Below are positions 9,681 to 19,702 of a stretch of 64,000 nt of DNA, piece by piece. Below the pieces are notes generated by a model that had not been told where the DNA came from, searched no databases, and saw only the letters and a list, made by a program, of their open reading frames with translations. A program made the position numbers and the translations under genes. How positions within the stretch are numbered: the first letter of the stretch is position 1; each line of letters begins with the position of its first letter. The stretch comes from Candidatus Hydrogenedentota bacterium (GTDB lineage: Bacteria > Hydrogenedentota > Hydrogenedentia > Hydrogenedentales > SLHB01), in the NCBI GenBank assembly GCA_045863335.1, contig BTVY01000006.1, positions 1-64,000 of the forward strand. Reading direction: 5' to 3'.

Positions 9681-10790
9681 CTACCGCGTGAGTTCTTGAA
9701 TGTCGAATTGGACTTCCGCCATCTGGCCGCGCCGGTCCACGTGTAGGACTACAGGATCGCCCACGAACAGATCCCATATGGCGAAATCGATATCCGACGC
9801 CGTCTCGACGCGCTGACCATTGATGGACGTAATCACGTCGCCGGGACGAAGGCCCGCGTCGTACGCGGGGGCACCGCGCAGGATGTTGCGAACGACACAC
9901 CCGGCCGTCGCGCGCGTGCCGAGTTCCTGGATGATAGGCGTCGGCAGGCTCTGCAAATCGTCCACCTTGAATCCCGCCCACGGGTCGCGCCGCCGTCCAT
10001 ATTGAATGATCTCTTCCGCAACCCGCCGAGCACGGTTCATCGGAATGGCGAATCCCAGTCCGATACTGCCGCCGCTCTGGCTGAAAATCATCGTATTGAT
10101 GCCGATAGCCTCACCCTTCGCGTTGACCAAAGGGCCGCCACTGTTGCCAGGGTTGATGGCCGCATCGGTTTGAATCATGCCCTGGTACAGGCGCTCGCCT
10201 CCTCCCACGCTCGGGTTGACACGCCGATGGTTGGCGGACACCACCCCCACGCTCACCGTCGGCTGCGGATCGTTCATGAGCGTGCCGAAAGGATTGCCAA
10301 TGGCGATGACCCATTCTCCCGTCAACAGGTCCTCGGAATCCCCCATCGGAATGCTGGGCAGGCGCGTCCCGTCCGCACGCAATACCGCAACGTCCGTCCG
10401 CTCATCGGCGCCCACGAACTTGACCGGCAATTCCCGGCCGTCGGACAGCGTGACGGACACCACCTCGTCTGCCTCCTCGATCACGTGGAAGTTGGTGAGG
10501 ATGTATCCGTCGTTGTTAAAGATGAATCCGCTCCCCACCGAGTCCTGCCGCTGCTTCTGCACGCGGTACGGACTGCTGGGCACGTCGAAGAAGTCCCAGA
10601 AGTCGCGAAACATGGGCGGCAGTTGCCGTTGCGCGCGCACCTGGACGACGTTTACTGAAACGACCGCCGGCGCCGCCCGTTCGATGGCGGTGACGATGGC
10701 GTTGCGGCGCGACTGGTCGACCGCTTCTTGGGCACGAGCGACAGCGGCGAACAAGGCTATCGAAATGATTGTGAGTATTCCGTACCGCAT
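9681..10790 (-). CDS. HtrA/DegP-family serine protease with one PDZ domain
   Basis: Signal peptide, GSGFI, TNFHV, DVAVL, QTDAAINPGNSGGPL, C-terminal PDZ (PAYDAGLRPGDVI). Confidence 0.9.
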   Translation of the reverse strand: MRYGILTIISIALFAAVARAQEAVDQSRRNAIVTAIERAAPAVVSVNVVQVRAQRQLPPMFRDFWDFFDVPSSPYRVQKQRQDSVGSGFIFNNDGYILTNFHVIEEADEVVSVTLSDGRELPVKFVGADERTDVAVLRADGTRLPSIPMGDSEDLLTGEWVIAIGNPFGTLMNDPQPTVSVGVVSANHRRVNPSVGGGERLYQGMIQTDAAINPGNSGGPLVNAKGEAIGINTMIFSQSGGSIGLGFAIPMNRARRVAEEIIQYGRRRDPWAGFKVDDLQSLPTPIIQELGTRATAGCVVRNILRGAPAYDAGLRPGDVITSINGQRVETASDIDFAIWDLFVGDPVVLHVDRRGQMAEVQFDIQELTR

Positions 10791-10914
10791 GGATGAAAGT
10801 CCTCGCGTTCATGTACCGGGAAGCACACTTCGCACATCCCCTCCCTAAACAAGTGCGGGCGGCACCCCAAGTCCTGGTCATGCCGCCCGCTACGGATTGC
10901 CGTTCTAATCGCGT

Positions 10915-13194
10915 CTACGAAGTAGACTCCGCGGCCGGTTGTTCCGTCGCGGCTTCCGGGGCCGGAGCAGCTTCGGGCGCCGGAGCGGCTTCCTCGGGGG
11001 CGGCCTCCGGACTGGAGGATGCTTCCGCCTCAGGTGCCGCCGGAGCCGGTTCAGTCGTTTCAGCAGGGGCGGCAGCTTCGGGCGCTGCTTCTGCCTCGGG
11101 CTGCGCTGTTTCCGCCGCGGGTTCGTCGGCTGCCTCTGCCGGGGCTGCCTCGGGTTCCTCAGGCATCGGCGTTTCCGCCGGCGCTTCCTCCACCGCGGGC
11201 GCTGCACTTTCCTCTACGGGAGCAGGTTCAGCAGGCGCGCTTGGAATAGGAGTCATCGCGGATTCAGCGGGCGCTTCCACCGCCGCGGCTTCCGGCATCA
11301 GCGAATCGCTCGACGGTGTGATCTCCTGCACGTCCAGCGACTCGGCGAGGAAGGTCTGCATCTTCCCCGTGACAGCGACCGGATACTGGCCCTGCTGCTC
11401 CACGCCGATGCGCAGCTCGTGGGACGTGCCGTCGTCCATGATCGCTTGCACGGTGGTGTGCGGTTCGCCGGGCAGCTCGGGCTGACCGAAGTTGATCGCT
11501 GCGATCTGGAAATCCGCCAGCGCCATCGCAAGGTCGTCCGCCGCGTCCGCATCCGCAGGCGCGGTCTGGCCGTTCACCGAAATCGTCCATGCGCCGTTCT
11601 CGCGAGCCAGCGTGAATCCGTCGTTCGCTCGCGACACGTTGATCCGTGAGATGGCCTCTTCGTCGAGGTCCATCACCGCGTGTTGATACAATTCGCTGGG
11701 CGCCACGAAGACGCGGTCGGCGTCGCTCTTGCTCATCACCAGAACCGTACCGTCGCCGTCCAATCGCGCGTATCGCCCGGCGATTCCGGCGGCGTCCGCA
11801 CCCGCTGCGATCGAATGGGATTCGCCGGAACTGGTCGTAAAGGTCACCGTCCGTTCGGGGGTCTCCAGGCCTTTGCCGTCCGCGCTATCGGCGTAATCCG
11901 CGGGCTGCCAGGCGGAGAGGGCCGTCGCAATTGAAGTAATGGTGGTCGTCTGCGGTTCGAGATCGGCGGCCGGACTCGCGATGGTCCAATCCTCACCCGA
12001 CTTGGTGAGCGACACGTTGCCTTCCGGTTGCGCGATGTCGATCTGCGTGATCGCGCTCTTGTCCACGCTCAGCGCGGGCAAGTTCACGATGTCCCGTCCT
12101 TTTGGAAAGACTTTTTCGAAGGTCCACTTCGGCAGCTTGAAGATGACGCTGCTATCCGCCGACGCGACGCGCACGTAACCGTCGCCATCCGGATCGGGAC
12201 GTCCGCCCTCGATGACAACGTCTTCGTCTTTCTCGTCCACGTCGATCACGCAGCGGAAGGACGGATTCTCCAGTCCCCAATCGCCGAGTTTCTCGGGATC
12301 GACGATGTCGGTCGCGGTGAGCGGTGCAAAGGCGCCCGCCAGATTCTCCACACCCGCCTGCTTGACCTCACGTCCCGCGCCGCCTTCGGCAAGGGTCCAA
12401 CTCGTCTCCGTGCGCGTGGCGGGTTCGGCGGGCTCTTCACTCTCGGTTACTTCCTCTGCCGCCTCGCCTTCCACCGCTTCCTCCGATTCCGCCGCGGCCT
12501 CGGGCTCCTCGACCGGGACCTCCTTGGTTTCCTTGGCAATCACGAGGCGCTTGTCGGGCGTCTCCACCGTAACCTTCGAAATGGTGTCTTTCGCGATGTT
12601 GACGACGTCTTTCTTCAGCCACGTCTCGGCCTCAGGCGCGGCGGCCATGTCGTCCGCCATCAGCCCGGCTTCACGACGCAGGTTTTCGTTGACCGTATAA
12701 ACGTCACTCGAATCCGCCGCGCGCATGAACACCTGATTCGATGCCGGGGCTTTACCGACGAGCACCTCGAAGACCGCCTCTTCGCCGCCTTCCTTGAGAC
12801 CTTTCACGTGGAAGGCCGTGTCCGCGCCCAGTTGATACGGCGCGAAACCGCCGTCCTCTTCGACGGTAGCGCGGGGCTCACCCTTTAACTCCAGGATTTT
12901 CTCCACGTACCCGCCAATCTTTTCCGGATCGGCCGGGGCATTGAAATGGGTGGTAACACGCCAAGCCTCGGGATCGGCAGCGATGCGCGTGAGCACGACC
13001 TTCTCTTCGGTGTTCTCACCCGAATACAACTCCAGCACCGCGACATCCCCTTTGGCGACACCCTCCGGCACCAGCGGATCCAGTTGCACCTGGTCCACGA
13101 TCGTCGGCTGATCCTTGGACGTCTGCTTCAAAACGACCAAGCCCGCAAGGATCACGAAGACCACGATCAGGATGATGAGCGACTTCGATTTCAT
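10915..13194 (-). CDS. DUF4340-domain protein (about three repeats) with acidic Ala/Pro/Glu tail
   Basis: N-terminal TM anchor; repeated W...A...L A..... YGL/WGL/KGL..P units; lies after a GldG-like gene as DUF4340 genes usually do; low-complexity C-terminus. Confidence 0.7.
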   Translation of the reverse strand: MKSKSLIILIVVFVILAGLVVLKQTSKDQPTIVDQVQLDPLVPEGVAKGDVAVLELYSGENTEEKVVLTRIAADPEAWRVTTHFNAPADPEKIGGYVEKILELKGEPRATVEEDGGFAPYQLGADTAFHVKGLKEGGEEAVFEVLVGKAPASNQVFMRAADSSDVYTVNENLRREAGLMADDMAAAPEAETWLKKDVVNIAKDTISKVTVETPDKRLVIAKETKEVPVEEPEAAAESEEAVEGEAAEEVTESEEPAEPATRTETSWTLAEGGAGREVKQAGVENLAGAFAPLTATDIVDPEKLGDWGLENPSFRCVIDVDEKDEDVVIEGGRPDPDGDGYVRVASADSSVIFKLPKWTFEKVFPKGRDIVNLPALSVDKSAITQIDIAQPEGNVSLTKSGEDWTIASPAADLEPQTTTITSIATALSAWQPADYADSADGKGLETPERTVTFTTSSGESHSIAAGADAAGIAGRYARLDGDGTVLVMSKSDADRVFVAPSELYQHAVMDLDEEAISRINVSRANDGFTLARENGAWTISVNGQTAPADADAADDLAMALADFQIAAINFGQPELPGEPHTTVQAIMDDGTSHELRIGVEQQGQYPVAVTGKMQTFLAESLDVQEITPSSDSLMPEAAAVEAPAESAMTPIPSAPAEPAPVEESAAPAVEEAPAETPMPEEPEAAPAEAADEPAAETAQPEAEAAPEAAAPAETTEPAPAAPEAEASSSPEAAPEEAAPAPEAAPAPEAATEQPAAESTS

Positions 13195-13302
13195 CAGTCT
13201 CCTCCAAATTCGACGCCCCTTCCGCAGGACGCCGCACGAGTCATTCCAACTCGCCTAGCTACTTTCCGTTGAGGACGTTTGCTCCGGTTGCTTTTCCGAA
13301 GA

Positions 13303-13461
13303 ACATCCCCCTTGATCCCCCTTCAAAGGGGGAACCGTTCCCAACGCTTCGCGTTGTGTCTCGATAGAACTCGAACCCCGGACAAGGCTGCACATCGCCG
13401 TTCTCACCTCTGGATGCGACGGTGGACAATTCCCCCTTTGAAGGGGGATCAAGGGGGATGT
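13303..13461. repeat. MITE/REPIN-like element, copy 1
   Basis: Perfect 32-bp inverted repeats ACATCCCCCTTGATCCCCCTTCAAAGGGGGAA (13303-13334 and 13430-13461) around a 95-bp spacer. Confidence 0.9.
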
Positions 13462-13518
13462 AGAGCGATCGGTGCATCATCTCTTCTCGCAACCCTCATT
13501 GTCCGTCCACAATTACCC

Positions 13519-16062
13519 TTACGCAGCCTTTTTCTGGGCGGCGTTGTGGGCCATGGTGTAGGCGTCGCGTCCGCGCTTGCGGACTGCCCAGACCGTCACA
13601 CCCGCGGCCGCCACAAGGATGTTTACCAGCGCGTAGTTGACGAACTTCCACAGCGTCCGCTGCCGGTCGGTCGGCTTCTCGATGATGCGATCGATGGGTT
13701 TGCGGCCGCGCACGTTGACGATGTCGTCACCCAAAGTGATCGCATCAACGCTGTTCAGGAACAGGTCGAGGTTTCCGGCTTGCAGGAAGTTCTTGTGGAA
13801 CATCTGCGAACCGCCCATGAGCACGAGCTGCGCGGGCGCGGGCGTCACGGGAGCGGGCTCGCCCTCTTCCTCCGCGGGCGGAGGCGGCGGCATACCCGGC
13901 GTCGGCTGTGGCGGCGGCCAGGCCGGACGCGACTGGTCCTTAAACGCGTCGGGGAAGGTCCCCGTGATCTTGGCAAACACGGGGAATGCTTCGCCGTCCG
14001 CCGGCGGCGTGATGGCTTCCTGGCTGATCTGATCGCCTTCCGGAACTTCCCAGGCGCGATCCGTGGTCGTCGCGATGACGTTCGCATCAAGACCGTTCTG
14101 GGCCAACACGTCTTCCTTCAACTCAAGCGCCGTGCCCCAGAGATAGAAGATCGCTGCGAGACGATTCGTGATGGGCGACTCGGGGTTCATGGTCTCGTTG
14201 TTGATCAGCATCTGCATGGGCAGCTTGATTGTCTCGCCGCCGCCCAACAACGCCGCAAGCGGATTCGAGTTGCTGCGGATGGTCAACGAAACCTGATTCA
14301 CATCCATCAAGATGTCGCGCGAAACGCCGAGTCCGTACTTTTCCAGCAGGTCGTTGATCTGGGGGTTCTGGTCTTGCTTGGTCAGGTTGAGCCGGCCCGT
14401 CTGGGTCGTCTGGTAATCCCAGAGATAATTCTGCACGGCTAACACCACCGACTTGCCGGAGATAAGCGCGCGGTTGATTTCCCACTTTTGCCGCTCGTTG
14501 AGGTCGCGCGGATTCACGACAACCAGCGTGTCGTATTCATCCGGAAGCGGGCTGTCCTGGGTCAACTGAACCCGCTCGACTTCATACTTCTCAACTTCCA
14601 GCACGGCCTGGAGATACTCGTAGGGGTCGTCCTGTTCCGGAATGGGTTGTCCAAGCTGCATGTAGATCTGCCGCATCTGCGGCGGAATGTTGACCGATTC
14701 CATCGGCGCTACGAGCGCGACCTTCGGGGCCTCCTCCCGGCTCAGCTTGTAGATGGTATTGACTAGCCGGTATTCCAATTCTGGAATACTCTCCGGCATG
14801 ACTTGCGGAATGATCTCTTCCTTATTTTCCCGGTAGCTGATGCCGATGCTCGAATAGATGGGCTTCTGCGTCAGTTCTTCATCCACCAGAGCCTGCACCA
14901 TGAAGGGCTGTACGCCTTTTTCCAGCATACGTTTTTCGATGGCTTCGGCTTCGCTGGTCTCACCCTCTTCCTCATCTTCCGATTCGGGACTGAGCAGGTC
15001 TTCCTGCGACGCGAGTACATTGGCGGCCTTGAGATAGACCGGTGTGAAACTCAACTTGCCGCCAGACGCCACCCGCATTTCCGCGAGCTTGTCCGTGACA
15101 TCCTGTTCCAGGCTCTTCAACGCCGTCGGCATTTCAGATTCCGGGGTGATGTACACCTTCACATTCACCGGCGACTCGAGTCCGCTAAGGATCTTCTCCG
15201 TCGCCGGGGAAACTGTGTATACCTTATCTTCGGTCAAATCGAATCGGACCAGGCTCTGGTCGGAAACCAGCCAGTTGAAGGCAAGACCGATACCGAAGCA
15301 CAACGTGACGGCCGTCGCAAAGGTCAATCGCGATCCCGGCCGATTACGTCCTTCGATGAAAAGTACGTTGAGCACCAGGAACAGCACCGTCCACGCGACG
15401 AAGTACAGCACATCGGCGAATTCGAGGACGCCGCGGGTAAACGTGCTGTAGTGATCGATCATTCCAAGGAGAGTACCGAGAAGGGATCCAAGCCCCGGTA
15501 CGTAACCGTCGATGTAGGTGGCAATAAAATCCGTGCCCAGCAGAAACACCAGAAAACACGCCAACAGCGTGATGACAAACGCCACAATCTGGTCCCGGCA
15601 GAACCCGGAAAAGAAGATTCCGATAGACAGGAAGAACGCGCCCAGCAAAATCGTGCCGAGATAGCCGCCAAAAATCGCGCCGGGATCGGGATTGCCCAAT
15701 ACCGCGAGCATGATTGGCACCGTCAGCGTGCCGGCCAGCGTGATCAAAAAGAAGATGAAGGTGGCGAGAAATTTGCCGATAACCAGTTCCCACGACTTCA
15801 TCGGGAAGGTCAACAGCATCTCCCACGTGTTCTCTTTACGTTCCTCCGCCCACACGCGCATGGTCACCGCGGGGATGAACACGCACATGAACAGCGGCAA
15901 GTTGCCGAAGTAGGAGCGCATGTCCGCCACGGGGAACGTGAAGAAGGACGTGATGTAGAGTCCCACGCTGATGGTGATAAACACCATGATGAAGATGTAA
16001 CCGATCGGCGAAGTGAAATACGCGCCGAGATCCCGGCGAAGAATTGTCCGTACGTTCCGCAT
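13519..16062 (-). CDS. Fused GldF-like ABC-2 permease + GldG/ABC_transp_aux domain protein
   Basis: YFTSPIGY, PAVTMRVWAEERKENTWEMLLT (GldF-like), RFDLTEDKVYTVS (GldG N-terminus), C-terminal TM. Confidence 0.85.
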   Translation of the reverse strand: MRNVRTILRRDLGAYFTSPIGYIFIMVFITISVGLYITSFFTFPVADMRSYFGNLPLFMCVFIPAVTMRVWAEERKENTWEMLLTFPMKSWELVIGKFLATFIFFLITLAGTLTVPIMLAVLGNPDPGAIFGGYLGTILLGAFFLSIGIFFSGFCRDQIVAFVITLLACFLVFLLGTDFIATYIDGYVPGLGSLLGTLLGMIDHYSTFTRGVLEFADVLYFVAWTVLFLVLNVLFIEGRNRPGSRLTFATAVTLCFGIGLAFNWLVSDQSLVRFDLTEDKVYTVSPATEKILSGLESPVNVKVYITPESEMPTALKSLEQDVTDKLAEMRVASGGKLSFTPVYLKAANVLASQEDLLSPESEDEEEGETSEAEAIEKRMLEKGVQPFMVQALVDEELTQKPIYSSIGISYRENKEEIIPQVMPESIPELEYRLVNTIYKLSREEAPKVALVAPMESVNIPPQMRQIYMQLGQPIPEQDDPYEYLQAVLEVEKYEVERVQLTQDSPLPDEYDTLVVVNPRDLNERQKWEINRALISGKSVVLAVQNYLWDYQTTQTGRLNLTKQDQNPQINDLLEKYGLGVSRDILMDVNQVSLTIRSNSNPLAALLGGGETIKLPMQMLINNETMNPESPITNRLAAIFYLWGTALELKEDVLAQNGLDANVIATTTDRAWEVPEGDQISQEAITPPADGEAFPVFAKITGTFPDAFKDQSRPAWPPPQPTPGMPPPPPAEEEGEPAPVTPAPAQLVLMGGSQMFHKNFLQAGNLDLFLNSVDAITLGDDIVNVRGRKPIDRIIEKPTDRQRTLWKFVNYALVNILVAAAGVTVWAVRKRGRDAYTMAHNAAQKKAA

Positions 16063-17018
16063 TACTCGTCTCCATCCTTTCCAGCGCCTACCGGCTCCGT
16101 CAGTTTCAGGAACGTCTCTTCCAGGGTAAGCGGCCGGTCGGTCAGTTCACGCAGTTCCCAGCTCTTCGTCTTGGCGAGCTTGCCGACTTCGCGCCACAGT
16201 TCCGCGCCGAGCCGCCCGTGAAGCATGAAGGTGTTGTAGCCGTTATCCTCGGCGAGGAATTCCACTTTGCGCGCGCCGTCGAGACCAGAAAGCAGCCGCT
16301 CCAATTCTTCCCGTTGCCCTGCCACGCAAACCCGGGTGCGCTCTTGCTGCTTGGCCTGTTCGCGAAGCTGCTCCAGCGTGCCATCGCCCACGATGCGGCC
16401 CTGGTTGATGATCACGATCCGGTCCGCGGTCGCCTCCACCTCCTGCAGGATGTGCGTGGAGAGGATGACCGTCTTGCCGGCAGCCAGATTCTTGATGAGT
16501 TCGCGGATTTCCACGATCTGATGCGGGTCGAGGCCCGAGGTCGGCTCGTCGAGGATGATAATGTCGGGATCGTGAATCAGCGCCTGGGCCAACGCCGTGC
16601 GCTGCTTGTATCCCTTGGAGAGTTCCCGCACGACCTTGCGGTACATGGGCCGCAATCCGCAGGCGTCAAGCACCACATCGGTCCGCTCGCGCAACCGCGC
16701 GCCGTTCAGCCCGCGCGCCCGTCCCACGAAGCTGAGGTACGACCGGACTTCCATGTCCATGTACAGCGGCAAGATTTCGGGCAGGTACCCGATCACTTTG
16801 CGCACCCCCAGCGGGTTCTGAAGTACGTCGATTCCGCCGACCTTCGCCGTACCTTTTGTGGGATGCAGGTACGAGGTCAGGATCTTCATGGTCGTCGATT
16901 TCCCGGCCCCATTCGGACCGAGCAAACCGACGATCTCTCCCTTGTGGACCTCGAACGACACATTGCGCAAAGCCACCACGGGCCCGTAATGCATCGTCAA
17001 GTTCTCCGCCTTGATCAT
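16062..17018 (-). CDS. ABC-2 ATP-binding protein (GldA-like)
   Basis: GPNGAGKST, LSKGYKQR, DEPTSGLDP, STHIL. Start ATG 17018 (MIKAENL) after AGGAGG. Confidence 0.9.
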   Translation of the reverse strand: MIKAENLTMHYGPVVALRNVSFEVHKGEIVGLLGPNGAGKSTTMKILTSYLHPTKGTAKVGGIDVLQNPLGVRKVIGYLPEILPLYMDMEVRSYLSFVGRARGLNGARLRERTDVVLDACGLRPMYRKVVRELSKGYKQRTALAQALIHDPDIIILDEPTSGLDPHQIVEIRELIKNLAAGKTVILSTHILQEVEATADRIVIINQGRIVGDGTLEQLREQAKQQERTRVCVAGQREELERLLSGLDGARKVEFLAEDNGYNTFMLHGRLGAELWREVGKLAKTKSWELRELTDRPLTLEETFLKLTEPVGAGKDGDE

Positions 17019-17331
17019 GGTTGACCGCCTCCTGAATCTCGTGGTTCTTGGGTTGTGCAGGTGCGGGTACGCAGTGCGCGCACGGTCGATCCGCCACTGC
17101 CGGGGGCAGTGCGGTCCCGGCTGGCTCGCACCGGGACAGTGTCCCTCCCTCCGAAATGTAGCGCGGAGCAAAGATTGTGCCGCTGCCCCGGCGTCCCGCA
17201 AAACCCAGAGCATACCAATCGCCGGCGTTTGGGTTCAACGTGTTATGCGCAAAGCGAACGGAAAGGCGCACTTCGGCAATGATGCCCCATTTCAGGTTCT
17301 GCGCCTCTTTTGGGGCTCCGCAGACCGGCGC

Positions 17332-18090
17332 TTACGTCAGACGGCCATAGTACAGCCGCGTGTCGTATTCAAACGCGACCAGCCCGTCTTGCGCGTTCCG
17401 GTCAAACAGTCCGCGCAGCTTCTCCACAAACGCCCCGTGGCGCTCGTGGCCCGGCCCGGGAATGTAAGACGAGGACATGGCCCGGCCGTAGAGGCCATCC
17501 CAGTCGAAGACCTGCCGGTTCTGAAACTCCTGCACCGCAAAGGGCTCCGCCCCAAAGAAGGCGCCAAGCTGCGCGGCGTCGACGTTGCGATGGTTCACGG
17601 CCGCATAGTCGATCCCCTCCGAAAGCAGGAGGGCTTCGTATTGCTCCAGAAAGGGGGTCGCGTCGATCTTACGGTCATTCCAAACCAGCGCGGCGAATCC
17701 CCCGGGAACCAGAATCCGCTGAAACTCGGTCCGGGCCGCCAGCGCATCGAACCAATGAAAGGCCTGCCCTGCAGCCACGAGGTTTATGGTGCGTCCCTTC
17801 AGCGTCGTCGCTTCCGCCGTCCCGCCAACGGCATGGAACCGGCCATATTCGCGCAGGCATTCGGACCCGGCAAATCGCATGGCCGCGTTGGGCTCCACGC
17901 CGAACACGCGGTTCCCATAGTCGAGAAACAAGCGCGAAAGTAGCCCGGTACCGGATCCTACGTCCGCAACGGTCCACGTCGGCATAAGGCCGATAGCGTC
18001 GTGCAGGAACGGGATCAGCTCGTCCGGGTATCCGGGCCGGTACTTAACGTAGTCCTCCACCCGATCAGAAAAACGTTCGGTCGTATCCAT
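17332..18090 (-). CDS. Class I SAM-dependent methyltransferase
   Basis: YVKYRPGYP, VADVGSGTG, VEPNAAM, AGQAFHWFD. Start ATG 18090. Confidence 0.88.
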   Translation of the reverse strand: MDTTERFSDRVEDYVKYRPGYPDELIPFLHDAIGLMPTWTVADVGSGTGLLSRLFLDYGNRVFGVEPNAAMRFAGSECLREYGRFHAVGGTAEATTLKGRTINLVAAGQAFHWFDALAARTEFQRILVPGGFAALVWNDRKIDATPFLEQYEALLLSEGIDYAAVNHRNVDAAQLGAFFGAEPFAVQEFQNRQVFDWDGLYGRAMSSSYIPGPGHERHGAFVEKLRGLFDRNAQDGLVAFEYDTRLYYGRLT

Positions 18091-18191
18091 GGGTCTATAA
18101 TAAAACACGCACAGGAAGCGCCGCCAGACGCGAGGCACGGTGAACCTTGTTCCGGCCCGGGCGTACTGAAGATCCAGGGAGGCTACTGTCG

Positions 18192-19157
18192 ATGGATCTA
18201 CGACGAGAACGACTCAAATCGGTGGGCCTGTGGATCGCCCTCGTGGGCGTAACGGCGCTGATGGCCGAAACTCTCTGGCGGAACTGGGATGCAGACCGCA
18301 AGGCCCATCGACCCACGGCGTACAAATACGGCTACATCGATTCAACCGGCAATTTCATGGTTCCCCCCGAATTCGACCTCGCGGGAGATTTTTCTGAGGG
18401 CCTTGCGCCGGTACGCATCGGCTTCGAGACCGGATACATCGATCGAGAAGGAAACTTGGCAATCCCCGCGAGGTTTGAAAGTGCAGGCTCCTTTTCCAAC
18501 GGCCTCGCAGCTGCCCAAATCCGTGGACTCGTCGGCTACATCGACCGCACGGGGACCTTTGTGATCCCGCCCCGGTTCTTCCCGGCTGGCGTGTTCTCGC
18601 AGGGTCTGGCGCCGGTTGCGGTTCATGGCGTATATGGATACATCGACCGGAACGGTGAGTTCGTGATCCCCGCGAAATACGACCGCGCGTATCCCTTCAG
18701 CGAAGACCTTGCTGTGGTGACGCTAAACGGTCGTGCCGGATTCATCGATCGAAGCGGAGAGGTTGTAATTCCGTTCGCGTATGAGGCTTGCCTGCCGTTT
18801 CAGCAGGGGTTTGCGTACGTATGTCTCGGCGGCAAGTGGGGCGTCGTAGCCAAGACCGGTTTGGTCGTGCAGGAACCCCGATTCGACGAAGTCGCTCTGG
18901 GAGCCGATGGCATCGCGGCGGTCCGCATGGGTGAGAAATGGGGATTCGCCAAATCCGACGGAACGCCCGTAGGAGAGGTCGAATTCAGTCGCGCGCAAGC
19001 GTTTTCCGAAGGGTTGGCCCCCGCCGCCTCGAACGGCCGATACGGCTACATCGACCAACACGGTGCATGGGCGATCTCTCCACGGTTTCACCGCACCTTT
19101 GCCTTCCACGATGGTCTTGCCCGCGTGCGCGTGGCCTGGGACGAGGAGAGGCGTTAG
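18192..19157 (+). CDS. WG (KWG) repeat-containing exported protein
   Basis: Repeated YGYID..G..VIP..FD.A..FSEGLA.V units after an N-terminal TM segment. Confidence 0.9.
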   Translation: MDLRRERLKSVGLWIALVGVTALMAETLWRNWDADRKAHRPTAYKYGYIDSTGNFMVPPEFDLAGDFSEGLAPVRIGFETGYIDREGNLAIPARFESAGSFSNGLAAAQIRGLVGYIDRTGTFVIPPRFFPAGVFSQGLAPVAVHGVYGYIDRNGEFVIPAKYDRAYPFSEDLAVVTLNGRAGFIDRSGEVVIPFAYEACLPFQQGFAYVCLGGKWGVVAKTGLVVQEPRFDEVALGADGIAAVRMGEKWGFAKSDGTPVGEVEFSRAQAFSEGLAPAASNGRYGYIDQHGAWAISPRFHRTFAFHDGLARVRVAWDEERR

Positions 19158-19522
19158 CCGTCCGCATCCTGCGAGTCGCGCCACTGTAACGCGTTGGCAG
19201 CGCCGTGCCGTTCCGCCCGTTGCGTCGCCTCGGAGATGACCCTCCGGTGCGCCAGCCGCATGGTCCGTGCCGTGCCCGGTACCAGTACCCCCTCCTTTAC
19301 CAGCATCTCGAGCAGTCCCTCGAACGCGTCTTCCGCTTCGGGACGCTCCGCCGTTTCCACTTTCTCGATGAGCCGGTTGAGCCGGACCCGGATGGTGGGG
19401 TAGGTGACGCTGTAGTCCTCTGCCAACTGCTTCAGCGATCCAGAATGGAGCAGAAACCGTTTCAAGAACAGCAAATCATCATCCGCCAAAACTGTAATCC
19501 ACTGTGGAATCGCCTCAGGCAT
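19154..19522 (-). CDS. DUF2089-family HTH protein
   Basis: W..L..DD..F..RFLL.SGSLK.LA..Y.VTYPTIR.RL..LI, the DUF2089 pattern. Confidence 0.8.
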   Translation of the reverse strand: MPEAIPQWITVLADDDLLFLKRFLLHSGSLKQLAEDYSVTYPTIRVRLNRLIEKVETAERPEAEDAFEGLLEMLVKEGVLVPGTARTMRLAHRRVISEATQRAERHGAANALQWRDSQDADG

Positions 19523-19666
19523 TGACCAATTTTCCCCTACTTATTTCGTAATAATAAACTTTTTTTCACAAAAACACAATACTTTGGAACATACTCATTT
19601 TAGTTTTAATAATTAGAATTTATATTATAGTTAAATCTGATGCCCCCGGTACTCTTCATATTCTCG

Positions 19667-19695
19667 TTGCAACCTCCCTCCCAATGGCTTACACT
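19667..19695 (+). promoter_or_regulatory. Sigma70 promoter, probably leaderless, for the TolB-like gene
   Basis: TTGCAA-17 nt-TACACT, then 7 nt to ATG 19703, with no SD sequence. Confidence 0.6.
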
Positions 19696-19702
19696 TGCCC
19701 CC

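Noticed and set aside
13255-13492. Short ORFs containing IPLDPPSKG / SPFEGGSRGMF (also 59571-60166 and 20701-20800)
   Set aside because: They are translations of the palindromic repeat arms, not independent genes.
17019-17331. Riboswitch (for example c-di-GMP-I) in the leader of the Gld-like operon
   Set aside because: GC hairpins and a GGGACGC are present, but I could not match the full conserved architecture of any known riboswitch. An Rfam/Infernal scan would decide.
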